Below, piece after piece: positions 13,071 through 25,919 of a stretch of DNA of 64,000 nucleotides. The stretch is from assembly GCA_002633005.1 (NCBI GenBank), contig NMRA01000029.1, positions 1,531,796 through 1,595,795 on the forward strand, written 5' to 3'. Position numbers and translations under genes: made by a program. Position 1 is the stretch's first letter; each line of letters begins with the position of its first letter. This stretch comes from Phoronis australis. Taxonomy: Eukaryota > Animalia > Phoronida. The notes under the pieces are model-generated. The model searched no databases. It had not been told where the DNA came from and worked only from the letters and a program-made list of their open reading frames with translations.

Positions 13071-14078
13071 CTTACATTTGTTGCTGCCCTTTGAATAATA
13101 GTTGGCATTGGTAAATTTTCCTTTTTGAAAACACTCGTTACCATTCTCATTAATTTTGGCAGTTATATTTTCAAATCTAAAGACACATATTGCTGTCGTC
13201 TGTGTCTCAGTGCCATGAAACACAGCCACGAGAACGCTCTCTTCAGCCCCGACCTCTGCAACCGAGGCGAGATTGTGTCCAAGTTTAGCTACTGTTCCAC
13301 TCTGAACGATGTCGTAATTAGTGCTTCCGTGCTTACACTCCATGGGTATTTCGATGTAGGAGTAGTACGTGACATCATCGTCACATATACGTGCAATTTT
13401 AGATGGCGGTGTGTCTTGAGAGGGTGTGTGAACAAGAAAGTATGTGTAGTCCTCCATGTGAAAGCCGTATCTGTAGGACAGCGAGACATCGGGATTTCTT
13501 ATTGTTAACTCGGCGTTTAACACCGACAATACCGGAAGTGGTCTTGTAGAAGTCGCGGGTACTTTTTCTGGACTCCTGTGCAATCCGTCAGTGTAAGTTA
13601 CTCCGACACAAATGGCTTCTTTGCCAGGGATTACAACAGCAACAGTCGATGCTTCTGGTGTGTTGGCTGCTACCATTGTGGCAATGCTGCGATCAGCCGT
13701 GTAGTCACTTATGTTGCAAAGGCGACGGACCTCACATGTCCCCTGTCGAACATTCCCGCAAGTAATGAGTGTATCGTTGTGTACTGCTAGTATTTTATTA
13801 TAGTTATTTGTCATAACACCACTTTCACAACTACTTGCTGAACAATATTTGCTGTCCATGACAGGTCCAGTCGACACATTCTGCAGCACTGTCAAGTCAC
13901 CATCCACCACGTACACGTGGTTGACGGCCCCGACGGCAAGCCTCCCGTCATTGAGCTTCGTTATATGGTTCAGTATTGTGGGCGTCTCCAACACGATACC
14001 CTCACCTACAGCTGCCAGAAACATAACGACTCTCACCAAAAGAACAGATGACATGGCTTTTCCAAATGAGATGCACAT
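13071..14078 (-). CDS. PLXN: Plexin gene 2, first coding exon: signal peptide and most of the Sema domain (3'-partial)
   Basis: Hydrophobic N-terminus; NYNKILAV, LITCG..RQGTCEVRRL, VAAN...ASTVA, IARICDDD..YYSYIEIPMEC; gtaag donor at 13070; candidate acceptor cattttcag near 14160. Start is ATG 14078 or 14054. A MET/RON-type receptor cannot be excluded from this exon alone. Confidence 0.88.
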
Positions 14079-14326
14079 TTTTACGCATAGGTGAAATGCA
14101 ACGGACTACTCCCTTTTATAGTGCAGTTTGGGATATAGTACCCTGTCTTGACCTGTAGTCTGAAAATGAGCATTATCTGGACTTTAAAAATGAATCACAA
14201 ATAATGCAATGCAGTTTTTAACCTGCGAATAATTTTTATCGAAATATAGTTTCATGTATCAATATGTTTACAGAGGCTTGTAAGTTGATAGATTCTGTCG
14301 AACTACACACTATCTACCCGTTTATA

Positions 14327-15205
14327 CGATGAATGTTTTCAGTCATCCAGTTGGGTCATAATATAAGAATCAATAAATCTATTACTGGACTTACGGTACG
14401 TGGAGATCGCTACGTTGCTTCCTCCTCTCGAGAACTTCATCAGGCCATTGAGTTGTCCCGTGACTTGTCATGTGATCTGTCGTACAGTTTCCGCGGGTTT
14501 CTCATGTAAGTAAAACCGCAGCCTCCCCTGTCTACTGAGGTCAGGATTCTCCATTTTCTCGTAGATAGCCTCTCTGACCCCTCCTCGAAACCAATTTTCT
14601 TCTCTATCTAGGATCTTCACATCTTCCGGCGAAAGAGTGGTCTGTGGAAGCCATGTGACTAAAAACTGCAGAATCATAGCAGTCCCCATAACTGGACCTC
14701 CGATGCTGGTTGAAACGACTTTTCAGGGCTTGTTTGGTTTCCCCAATGTATGCTGCTCCACACCGCGGTTCCGAGCATGAAATGCCATACACCACATTTG
14801 ATGTTTTCTCTTTGCTGGTGTTGTCTTTCACATTTAACAATTGACTCCTTATGGTGTTAACAGGTTTGAATACAACAGCAATGTCGTGTCTCCTCATATG
14901 TGATTTGATATGGTCAGCAATCCCTAGCGCAAAAGGCAATGTTACCCTGATGTTTCCCCTATTGTCAGGCTGCCTCTTCTGAGGCCTGACTCTGTCATGG
15001 TTTGCCTTGTGGAAGGACCACTTCCGGTACCCACATCTTTTCAGCACTGTTCTGTTGTGTTCTATTTCAAAATCCTCTGTGTAGGGGATGGTTCTCGCTC
15101 AATAGTCCAACGTTCTAATCACGCCTAGTTTGTGAATCATCGGGTGATTGGAGTCAAACGGAAGATAGTAGCCCGTGGGAGTGGGTTTCCTATAAACCTT
15201 GAGGG
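14327..15205 (-). mobile_element. Penelope-like element 3' fragment (RT C-terminus, GIY-YIG endonuclease, pLTR)
   Basis: KVYRKPT, SNHP..HKLGVIRTL, NVVYGISC...YIGETKQALKSRFNQH, REAIY. Confidence 0.92.
14407..14448 (-). ncRNA. Degenerate minimal hammerhead ribozyme in the Penelope pLTR
   Basis: Minus strand reads tggc-CTGATGA-agttctcgagaggagga-aGCAA-cgta-gcga. Confidence 0.55.
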
Positions 15206-15224
15206 GACCTTGACAAGCGTATCA

Positions 15225-16045
15225 AGACCATCTTCCGTTTGACTCCAATCACCCGTTGATTCACAAACTAGGCGTGATTAGAACGTTGGACTATCGAGCG
15301 AGAACCGTCCCCAACACAGAGTAGGACATTGATTTTGAAATACAACACAACAGAACAGTGCTGAAAAGATGTCAGTGGCTACCCGAAGTGGTCATTCCAC
15401 AAGGCAAACCATGACAGAGTGAGGCCTCAGAACACGCAGCCTGACAATAGGGGAAACATCAGGGTAACATTGCCTTTTGTGTCAGGGATCGCTGACCATA
15501 TCAAATCACATATGAGGAGACACGACATTGCTGTTGTATTCAAACCTAACACCATAAGGAGTCAATTGTTAAATGTGAAAGACAAAACCAGCAAAGAGAA
15601 AACATCAAATGTGGTGTATGGAATTTCATGCTCGGAACCGGGGTGTGGAGCAGCATACATTGGGGAAACCAAACAAGCCCTGAAAAGTCGTTTCAACCAG
15701 CATCGGAGGTCCAGTTATGGGGACTGCTATGATTCTGAAGTTTTTAGTCACATGGCTTCCACAGACCACTCTTTCGCCGGAAGATGTGAAGATCCTAGAT
15801 AGAGAAGAAAATTGGTTTCGAGGAGGGGTCAAAGAAGTTATCTACGAGAAAATGGGCGAATCCTGACCTTAATAGACAGGGGAGGCTGCGGTTTTACTTA
15901 CCTGAGAATCCCGCGGAATATGTACGACAAATCACATGACAAGTCACGTGACAACTCAGTGGCCTGATAAATTCCTCGAGAGGAGGACGCAACGTAGCCA
16001 AATCCACGTACCTTAAGTTCAGTAATAGATTTATTGATTCTTATA
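15225..16045 (+). mobile_element. Penelope-like element 3' fragment, inverted partner of 14327-15205
   Basis: Near-identical GIY-YIG ORF (15419-15802) on the opposite strand. Confidence 0.92.
15960..16000 (+). ncRNA. Degenerate minimal hammerhead ribozyme in the Penelope pLTR
   Basis: tggc-CTGATAA-stem II (tcctc..gagga)-cGCAA-cgta-gcca; core boxes differ from CUGAnGA and GAAA. Confidence 0.55.
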
Positions 16046-16464
16046 CTATCTAGCCGTTTGCTTCCATTGGTTTCTGTCATCAAAATGAATTGATAGATCA
16101 GTTGCAAATTGCTACGAAGCTGCTCAAGTGTCTCTAAAAGTTACCCTACCCTGTCAAATTCGAAGTTTTTGACAATTTTTACTTACAGATGTCTCGCCTT
16201 TGTTGCGAGACTGATTTTTCAGTAGAGATTTGCATGCTTTAGACAATTGTTCGCTCACAGTTGGTGTTTATGACAACAATTTAAATTCCACAGTTGGCTT
16301 AAATGAAAGGCTGGGGGCGCTTTTTGTTAGGAAATTGAAATCGAAAGTTTTCGGTGGACCGTTTCAGACTTCTTGAGGCATTAATATTAAACGATTTCTA
16401 GTAACATAACAACAGTTGGTAAACGACAATTAAAAACTTTCGAAAATGGAAAATATACGATGCA

Positions 16465-16490
16465 AGAGAGAGAGAGAGAGAGAGAGAGAG
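16465..16490. repeat. (AG)n microsatellite
   Basis: About 13 perfect AG units. Confidence 0.95.
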
Positions 16491-19400
16491 GTTTTGAAGA
16501 TGAAAAAGGTATGTAATTCCAACGTAAAGCCACCAAACCGGTTTTCAAGCCCATAAGCATGTGAAAGTACTACAACAACACTCTAAGCTTTGTTTATTTT
16601 TTGTTATAATACTAGAGGTCTTCACTACTAAAATAGCTGCTGGGTGCTATCATTGTCTCGCCGGCATTTTGACTATCTTATGGAAGAGAGACAGGCGCTA
16701 TCCAGCCCTGCATTTTGCAGGCTTCAGGTATATAACCCAAATACAATTACACAAAAGATTAATTATGTCACTCGAATATAACAATATGAGACTATGAACA
16801 TATAAGTCAAAAACACGAAAAATTTATATGAAGTTGCTCTTTTACTAAACTTCCATACAATTCAAATAAACACATGCAGATCTAAATTGAGTGGATGGGT
16901 ACCGTAAGGTGTATTGCAGAACTTCGATAATCAAGACTATTGTATTTCCACAGGTTCGAACTGTCTTTATCTGGTTTCACGTATGTACAACGTTTTAGTC
17001 TATGAAGTACTTAGTGGTTATCTCAATGAAGTGCTGTACAAAGACGGCGCATTGCATGCATTAACGAAAATGTTGAAGTATGTGACAGAAAATTTACGTT
17101 ACCACTCGGTTGGCCAGGGTCAAAATTACTCACTTATGTGACTACATTGCGTAATGACTGCCAACCGTTGTGAGGAAAAACAGGTGGTTATGAAAGTATG
17201 GAGAAAATTTGAATCCAGAAAAAAGATTGAAAGCGATGGTAAATATAGGAGCCATTAACCATTACGACACCCGGCATAATTAGAAGAGGTGATTGTCAAC
17301 TTAAAGCCCAAGCAAATGCTATTAATACATTGCACTGATATAACAATTTTGGGACCAGAAAATGTACAATGCTACTGTAAGTGCTGGATAGCAAAAACAA
17401 ATACTACGAGGTCTATTTCAGTCTGCTTAGAACACAATAATGGTCACTATTGTGACTAGCACACCTTTACGTAATTAACTTGGGAAACTGAAAGGGAAAC
17501 TAAAAATTTTGCAATGCCTTTGGTCGAATATCCACAAATAAAAAATGCAGAGTTTAACATCGTTATAGTATGAGAGTAACAAGTGTGTAGAATTTGACAT
17601 TTGAATGTGTAAATGCATGTATCTGCCATTAATTGGGTCACTGGGTCAAACGACCACATCTTTCAGTAATATTTATCTGAAGAAAAGACACATGTATTAT
17701 AAATTTTAAAAATGTCGTGCTGAGGTGTGATACGTTAAAGGTAGCTAACTATTTGTTGGCAGTTGATACCAGAAGAGACGATGTAGATACTTCAGTATTT
17801 GTTATGTTTTATGTAATTATTTGGGCCGGAGGCTAATTTTTTAACAACAAAGTAAACATCTATCTATACAAGAATAAAACTCCCTGACAAGCTCTGTTGT
17901 TGCCTTAATGGTTTCGATTTTCATTTAATAACTTTTGAGTTGATCATGAAACCGTTGTCCTATTTTGATAACCTCATAGCCAAAAGTGGGACTTAAAAAC
18001 AATTAGTTCTACCGTTTTAGAATACGGTGTATAATTTATAAATTACACAGAACGTCGTCACTTGGATCCGGGAGTTGATGATAGAAACTGCTTAGATAAC
18101 GGTTATACTACTTAGCTTTGAAATATTCTGGCATCTAGGCTATATAATCGTCCAGTAGCTTTTGAGGAACAACATCATTTGATCAGTAGATCCGCATCAG
18201 CAATTTAACGTTTAATATTATCCAAAAAGGAACAATGACTAAAACGGCAATTGGGGAAATATTTGCCTTACATCTCAAACCGTTGATAAATCCTGATCAC
18301 GAACTCAACATGTCTTTGGTTATGACAATCGCCAAGCACTGAAAATGGACGCTCTTCCAATACCCTCGCTAAATGTGGGATTCTTGTTGATTCGGACATC
18401 AACTGCACTGGTACGGCATTGCGACTGAAGTCAGCGTGATCTGTCATCAACTTCCGGAGGAAAGCGTCCGTCGCTTTTTACTGCATTACCCACACGTGCG
18501 TTATGAGTTTGAGTAAATAAAGCGCTCACGTTTTCAAGAGAACACGATATCGTTACATGTCATTACCCGTATACAGGGAAACATAAATTATATTTTCCCC
18601 GACTACGCTTCCTCATGGAGTCCGCCTGGCGGTGACGGGCGAAAGCTACTGATGCAGTTGACCTTTGCACACGCGTACAAAAAAATTCTTGACACAAGAT
18701 CATATTTCCTTCAGAACATAAAGCGACAGTTAAACCTGTTTGCACTGGAAGGCGATACAATGACCTCCATTTACTATTACCTGTAAACAGTCTGGACATG
18801 GTCACCCTTTGCTATCACAATTCGAGATACCTTGATCTGGTAGAACAAGCTAGAGAGATGAAGCTAGAAAAAATTTGACAGATTTGCGTTATTTTCAGCT
18901 ACACAATGATTTGAAAGGATGCCCTTTAGACACACCTTTCATAGTGAAAAAAGCATTTGCACTGTACGTATCTAGCGAAGCCGGTTATCTCCATGAATTA
19001 GACTTTTGGGGCCGTCCTATCTTTCTATACATGTACCTTGATAGCATCGAGTATTTTTAATTTGCTCGCCGTATTGAAGTGTGGTGTTGATCTGATGTGA
19101 TAAGTGAAAAATTGTCCATTTGTCAAAACGAACCACAATTCGAACCACATTACTCTTAGTATTGCACGCATTTGACATCAATATCGATTTTACCAAGTAA
19201 ATTACTACAGAAACAATCACGGTACCAAGTTTCAAATCAAAAATGAAGTGTGTTGCAGTTGCTATTGAATCATTGGCTCGGGGGCCGGAGGACGCAAATG
19301 TTTTGACAGGGTGTGCCTCGGGAAACTTGCTTGGGCTCTCTGACAGTTGTAAACGGCGAGCTTCCATGAAGTTTGTAGCACATGTATGAGCAAGTTGACT

Positions 19401-19676
19401 GAAGAATCATGCATTGATACATTGACAAAGCAATTATGCTTAAATTGAAATAACGTTTATTTTTCCCTCGGCAAACTGACCGCAAAATTTGATGCTCGGC
19501 ACGAAGAGGTTTTAAATTCTACATCGGCGAAACTTTCTGCAAACTGAGCAGCTTACCGGCAATGAAACGCGACCTACCGAAATCAGGGATGGCAAGGNTT
19601 AGGTAGAATGGTGGGTTTGGTGAAACAAGCATGAATCTCGGTAAACAGTTAAAAAGGTTTCTTCGGAAGACATTAA

Positions 19677-21308
19677 AGGAGCATGCCACCCAAAAAACAA
19701 CCTAATTTGTATCAATTTAGATCGAGTAGTTCTACTCCATAACGACACGTAGGGTTGCGTTACCTCACACCTGACGGCAGACGGAGGTGTTGAAATTATC
19801 CAATGACGTCATCGGTTTCACACGCAGTCTGTTCAGCAGTTCACAACACGGATTACTGGTGTCAGCTTATCGCTTGAAGTCATCGTTTAACACCAATAAC
19901 TCATCAAACTTCGATGTAAAACCCCTAAAAATACACCGAGTTCTTACAAAAACGTGTTGTTTTATTTCGCTCTTAAGGATTTATTGGTGTTTGGACACAC
20001 CGTAGCCTACAAAGTTCGGCAGGCCAATATGGTCCGTAGCAGGAGTTTGGGGTGCGTTCGGAGATAATTTCGAAGTATTTTCCGTGAGATACACACAGGA
20101 GAACCTAGATCTGTGTTGTTTAGACTTGTGATTTTTTGAGTTCTAAGCACAAAACGCTTGTTATCCTGGCCGAATTGAGTGACTCGTTATCACGGTCAGT
20201 GGCTCGGAAACTGATCAGACATCACGAACATAAACCAGCCAAATTGGTGTAAACTTAACTTCAGGTCAAGAAAATAGTATACTAGTGAGTCAAAGTAATG
20301 TGCACGTGATTATGTTGGTGAATTAGCCACGAAACTGCAAATCTACTTACTTGTCGGGGGCCGCGAATTCAGGTTCCGCTTTGGCCACAACACCGTCAGG
20401 GCAGAAGTTGTACGTTGACAATCATTATTTGAGTAATGTAAATGTAAATAAAGATTCCCCTAACACCTGGCCGTGGGATGGAAATCGAATTGTTTCACAA
20501 CAGTTTCTGCCAACACTAAATTAGCATGAGCTCACACGGCCTCGGTGTCTCGTCAATTAGGTTTATTGCACCTAAAGCTGGTAACGCAGTGATTTATTCA
20601 TTGCTGGCTTCCCAAATCATTTGCACTCACGAACATTCCAAAGGCATTACAAATTGCATCTAATGAGGCAGACTTTGTTACAGTTTTATATAAGTATTGG
20701 TTAGGGTGTGAATAATTCATTTTGAACGCTCAGTAATAAACGCCAACATGGCAACTCGCAATCCCGACTTAGGACGAGCTAGAGCTCATCAGTCCCGACT
20801 TCGCAGGTGGATCGTTAATTTTACAGGCTATCATTTCGAACAGGAATACAGTGAAGAAGAAATACTAGAGAGGTGCCGTGAACAAGCTCAGACAACGGAA
20901 CGTATGCGGAGTTCTTAAGTAAGCCGGCATTCGTGAGGCACTGTCGACGTCTGCAGGTCACAGACACGGAGGTGTTTCACGGCCTCATACTTGCTATTTA
21001 CTGCATACATTTCATTCTTCACTACCATGAGCCACTTCCTAAGCATTTCGGACTCTCGAGGAAGTAAAAAAACGATATACCCGCTTTCCTCGCAGCTGCT
21101 TAGTTCGAACAAGCGGGAACGGTGCACCGCAACATAGCGGCATTCACTCTGCATATGAACCACTGACGTCTCTAGCGTCGTTTCTCACCTTCCCCACAGG
21201 TTAACGCGACACCTCTTGGCAAGGTAAGGTCGACCGTATGCGAGGCGATGTGGATATAGACCGATTAAGACGGCAAAAGAGACTAATTAAATCGGGTGGC
21301 ATTCTCCT
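19677..21308. mobile_element. Non-autonomous Kolobok-type DNA transposon with THAP remnant
   Basis: TTAA on both flanks; TIRs aggagcatgccaccc / gggtggcattctcct (14 of 15 match); minus-strand remnant MPLCCGAP..CSN / FLLPRESEMLRKWLMVVKN...RVC. Confidence 0.8.
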
Positions 21309-24300
21309 TTAAGTAACAGGGCCATTCTAGATAAATGTCGTGAACCTCCCAAAATATTTTTTCGAAAATTATATCCGCCATAGCAATAGAACATTTGTTC
21401 AGGCTGAAGTTGCTACCTACAAATTACAGAAGAAATGGTTGTTGTTCGTTTGACGCAATGAACAAAGTGGTTCTCATTCCGAAATCGCAACGCTTCTTAA
21501 AAATGATAGTAAATATGCTATTTAGCTTAAACTAGTGACTACTAGCCATTTCAAGTGTTATATGGACAGTAAATTACTGGTGAATGATTTATAATACAAG
21601 GGAAAAACATCCCCACTCTTAAAATTTATAAAACGTACAATATCAACTGCCAACTTTGTCACAGGTTGAATCTGAGATAGCCATGCATCTAAAAATCACA
21701 CTGAGGTACACTGGACCGATTTCCATGCGCGTTTCCTTTAACCCACAATACTTTAACAGAGAGTAGAGTAGATGAGGGCGAAGCCCTCAGACAGCTTCGC
21801 GAGATCGGAGGATCTCGCCTTCTGTCCTTGCTGTGGTTGATGTGGACGTGGATCGAGGGCAGGACCTGGTAGGCCGGTGGTGGTATAGGTGGTGTGCTTG
21901 ATCTTCTTCTGGAGACGAGACGCTGGCTGGATGGCAACAGCGTTATTGACATCAATACTTTAACCGCTCTAATTACTGTGCTTATGATAAGAAATATGTG
22001 AACTTCCGGTTCTGTTGACCAGGCTCTCGGTTGATTTGATGTGACATGCGGAGAAGGCCCCCGATGTTGTTACCTCGGTCTTTTCACATACATGTATTCG
22101 ACAACTAACCCTCATCATCGACAACCATCAGATCAATTATGCCTTATATTATTCACATTCTGTGAAATACGCGTAACAGCTTATTATTTAAAATGACTTA
22201 TTCTGTGGGAACTCCCATATTAATATTGGGGGCTCAACGAAAGGTGCGGGATAGCGGGGACTTCTATATCAACATAGTTATTGAGTTCAATTCATAAACC
22301 CAAGTACCCAAACATCTTTCAAATCCATGGTGATCGCAAAAACCTCATGTAGGCAAGGAAATAATGCAGTACTGTTTTTAGTCAAGTGATTGTTTTCCTT
22401 TTCTCAACAAGCCACTATTTACGTGCGCACAATGGGCTACCTGCGATCATCAAGGATTTGAAAAACTAAAACTTTCATTGGTGGAAGAGTCATGTTTTTC
22501 AAAAGATATTGAAAGACGCGCGACCTTGGTGGTAAAGGTATCCACTTACCTTAGGACGAGAGGTAATAACTATCCACCACAGTAGTGTCAACAATACAAA
22601 AGGAATGCTGACTCATCCATAAGATTGCAATGCCCGTGGCCTTTCACAAAAACAACATCGTGGATGAGGTGGATTTTAACATTTCCAGTACATGTACGTT
22701 TTTAAGTACGTTCCCCTGGCCTGCATGCACAAACATTCTCGTCAGTCGTTATTTCTGCATATTCACTTGCAGGCGAAATACTTAATACTGAGCGAGTGAT
22801 GGTCCATCCTGCACCCCACGTGTAGGTGTGTAAAAAGTTGCCAGTAATTTGCTAAAAGCGATCACAGCCGTCACTGTCGTACTTATTAGACTTCATATGA
22901 GAACTTACAGAATCATAGATTCTTAAAATGGTAATAAGAAATCAGAGGTAAGCAGATCCACCTACCGTATCCGACAAAATGCTGGAGTCTCTGGGATACC
23001 AGGAAATTTGCTCGCACACCACTTCCTTGTTGTTTATTTGATACATGTATGGTTGGCCGCCCTTACCAAATACTTTGTTTATCGTTGTCAAATTCCTGTT
23101 GACTGTAGTCTGTTTGTCGTGTTCTATTCATTTGAATATCGACTGCAAGTGAAATGTTGTTAAAGGTGTTTACTTATGATCTATAGGCGTGCCGAATAGT
23201 GCTGTCCAATTAATCAGGCGCATGGATAACACCCCATGGCCAAATTCAATGGCTTGATTTAGAGATTGTGAACAAAAACTGGCACAGATAAAATGGCTCA
23301 AATAGTGCTACCTCATATAGTTTATAAGTAGAGACAGCCACAAGGCTTTCAAGTCTTAGGACTGACTTTATGAAAACATGTAATCTTGAGCACGTTCAGC
23401 AAAACCGGACTGACCAATTGTAGCCATACATTCTGTGGCTAGTATATACATGTATATCCATTGGTATCATTAGCCAACGATATGTCAAGGTTGTGACCGA
23501 GATTTGGCTTTGTTATCAAGTTGTACGTGGTGAAAAAGATAAAGCTCGTTGCAGTGTGACTGTCTAAGAAGACGACCGATATTAAAAAAGATAAAGAAAA
23601 CTCTGCAAATCTACAGGGTACAATCAATATCCTCAAAGCTGTATACATCAACCCCAGGACAGGATCTAAAGGAGATGCTACTGTACCACTCGTTACACGC
23701 CAATTCACGCTAGCCTATTTATTATAAGATTAGGCATACAGCAGGTCAACGAATTTGTTGCATTGTAGACTCCCTAGGCCAACGTTTAATGTTGCCAAGT
23801 TTGAAGAGATCTTACGTAAGGTGATCTTTTACCCTTCCATAGATGGAGTCAGTGCTTATTATTTGGGCGGCATGTGACCCTAATACAACCAAAAAGCTTT
23901 GAGACCGGTAAAACAGTGGCCACGTGGAGCTGCACATTTCAGAAATTCGGTAACGTGAGGTCAGCTTCGAATAAGCAGGCAAATCAAATGTTACGCCAAC
24001 AGAATTTGCATGCAAGTGGACGAGAAAGCGTGCTGTTTACCAATGATTACCGTGAGAATTTCTTCGAGTCGGCATATTAGTGGCTTGACGTTGCCGTTGT
24101 CACGGATTGAAGTGAGCTAGTCCCTATAACTAGGCTTGGCTGAACGTGTTGGAGTTAATTACTGTCATAAACCAGCATTCCTGTTTAGCGTACGGGTTTC
24201 AAAGTCAAAGAACGAACAATAAGTAAGGGTAACGACCAATCTGAAAAGTAAATAGTTGCCGTCTTGGGATTTTTAAAATCGATGCATTATCAGAGAAATT

Positions 24301-25084
24301 AATTAACGAATTTTCTTCAGCATAGCGGCAAACCTACATGCATTGATTTGTGAATCCATTACGACGGGTTAGTCTCAGTTTGATTTAGGCTCGCTCAGGT
24401 GTTGGAAAAAGAAAGCCCCAAACGTTAGCTTAAGAGGTCACGTGTCTCGTGATCGATATCGGACGGAGTGTTTCACTGCCTGAAAATTTAAAACGAATAC
24501 ACTTTTATCAAGTCGGGAAGATGAAATCTCAACCTTTTACAAATCTAAAAGAGATGCTTGAAGTTTTGGTAAATTCTATAAACATTTCACCCGAATATAT
24601 TTTACGTGACAAGTTACTTCAGTTTTTCATGGAGTTTAAACTAGGGCGAATGCGCATCGTAGAAAGTCCTTTGGGTGTGTGTGATAGTTCACTATCGTTA
24701 AAGTACTTTTGCACGCCAGTAATCTCGATATAGTAACCCACCGTCGTTATGAAACATTTTATGTATCGCGTCGAATAGTTCTTAGAAAGCAAGAACATTA
24801 ACGTTTGTCTTGCTGAATACCCTGGCATCATATTTTCACGTGGACTTAAGCGGGTTTGACGCAAAAAGTAGTGAATATGATTAAAGCAAGTTTATCTTAG
24901 GTAAACGGACCACTTAGTACTTTGAACTATTTGACACCGATATAATGACGTAGCACCTACGGGGTGACAGCGTATCATTCTGGTTGAAAATGTAAAAGAA
25001 TGAGTTTTGTCAATAGATATTGAGACTAAAGAGAATCTGTGAGATGTGTCAATCAAGATTTCTTCCGGACAAAGTCTGCGGTTC

Positions 25085-25400
25085 GTCTGTGTGAGATTTT
25101 CAGGCGATGCATGTGAGAAAGCAGTCAGTTCGTAGCCTGAAGAAGTCACTTGTTCTTGCCGATTGAACTGGTAGATAGTCTTCTCTTCTTCGGTCCCTAG
25201 ACGTATGCGTTCTCTCAAGGCATTTCTAAAGTGACTTCGTAGGATAGTTTTTACTTCTCCATAAGGTGATGGGTGCGCAGTCTGCTCCAGTTTGCCTCCT
25301 GCCTTGGAGAGTCTGTCTGCTTCTTCGTTGCCGCTGATGCCGCAGTGGGAGGGAATCCATTGCAGCACAACAGTGATTTTGCTGCTCAGGAGGAGTTGAC
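25085..25400 (-). mobile_element. RNase H fragment of a non-LTR retrotransposon (I-group-like)
   Basis: VVLQWIPSHCGISGNEEADRLSK motif followed by decayed C-terminal sequence. Confidence 0.85.
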
Positions 25401-25919
25401 GATGAGTTTCATTTTTTGTTTCATTGCTGTGTATATGACGATAATAGAGAAAAAATGTTTAATGCTATTCACACTAAATTTAGCCTGGACCCGGCGCTAA
25501 ATATTTTTAACAAGTAAAATGATTATTGTTTGTCTCATCTTTACTGTACGTACTTTTGCTAAATATATCAGGGATGCCTTTTCAATCCGGTACTCAACTG
25601 TATGGTAACTAACTATATCATTTCCTGTTGCTATTATTTGAGTGGCATGCTCTTCCATGACGTTATTAATTAATTATCGTATAATTGCTACAGTATTGTA
25701 AGCCTCATCGAAGCCGGGTGGCTCATAGGCACAATACTTAATATAAAATTTATCGTTCATTCATAATTAGAAATGTTTATTCTATTGATCTCATAATACA
25801 GTTTGCACAACATTGCAATAATAAAAGCTTAGTTCTGCAAATGCTTAGAGCGCCACGAGGATCGTGACCTTGAAACAAACTTCGGCGAACATCGCCCAGG
25901 ACAGGGAAATGACAGATAA

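Noticed and set aside
21689-21955. GC-rich segment with hairpin tgagggcgaagccctca
   Set aside because: No recognisable coding or RNA family and no supportable splice sites; probably repeat debris.
24030-24117. Candidate plexin last exon (LICRLEEILT)
   Set aside because: Weak acceptor, and the true terminal exon is evident at 30343-30432.
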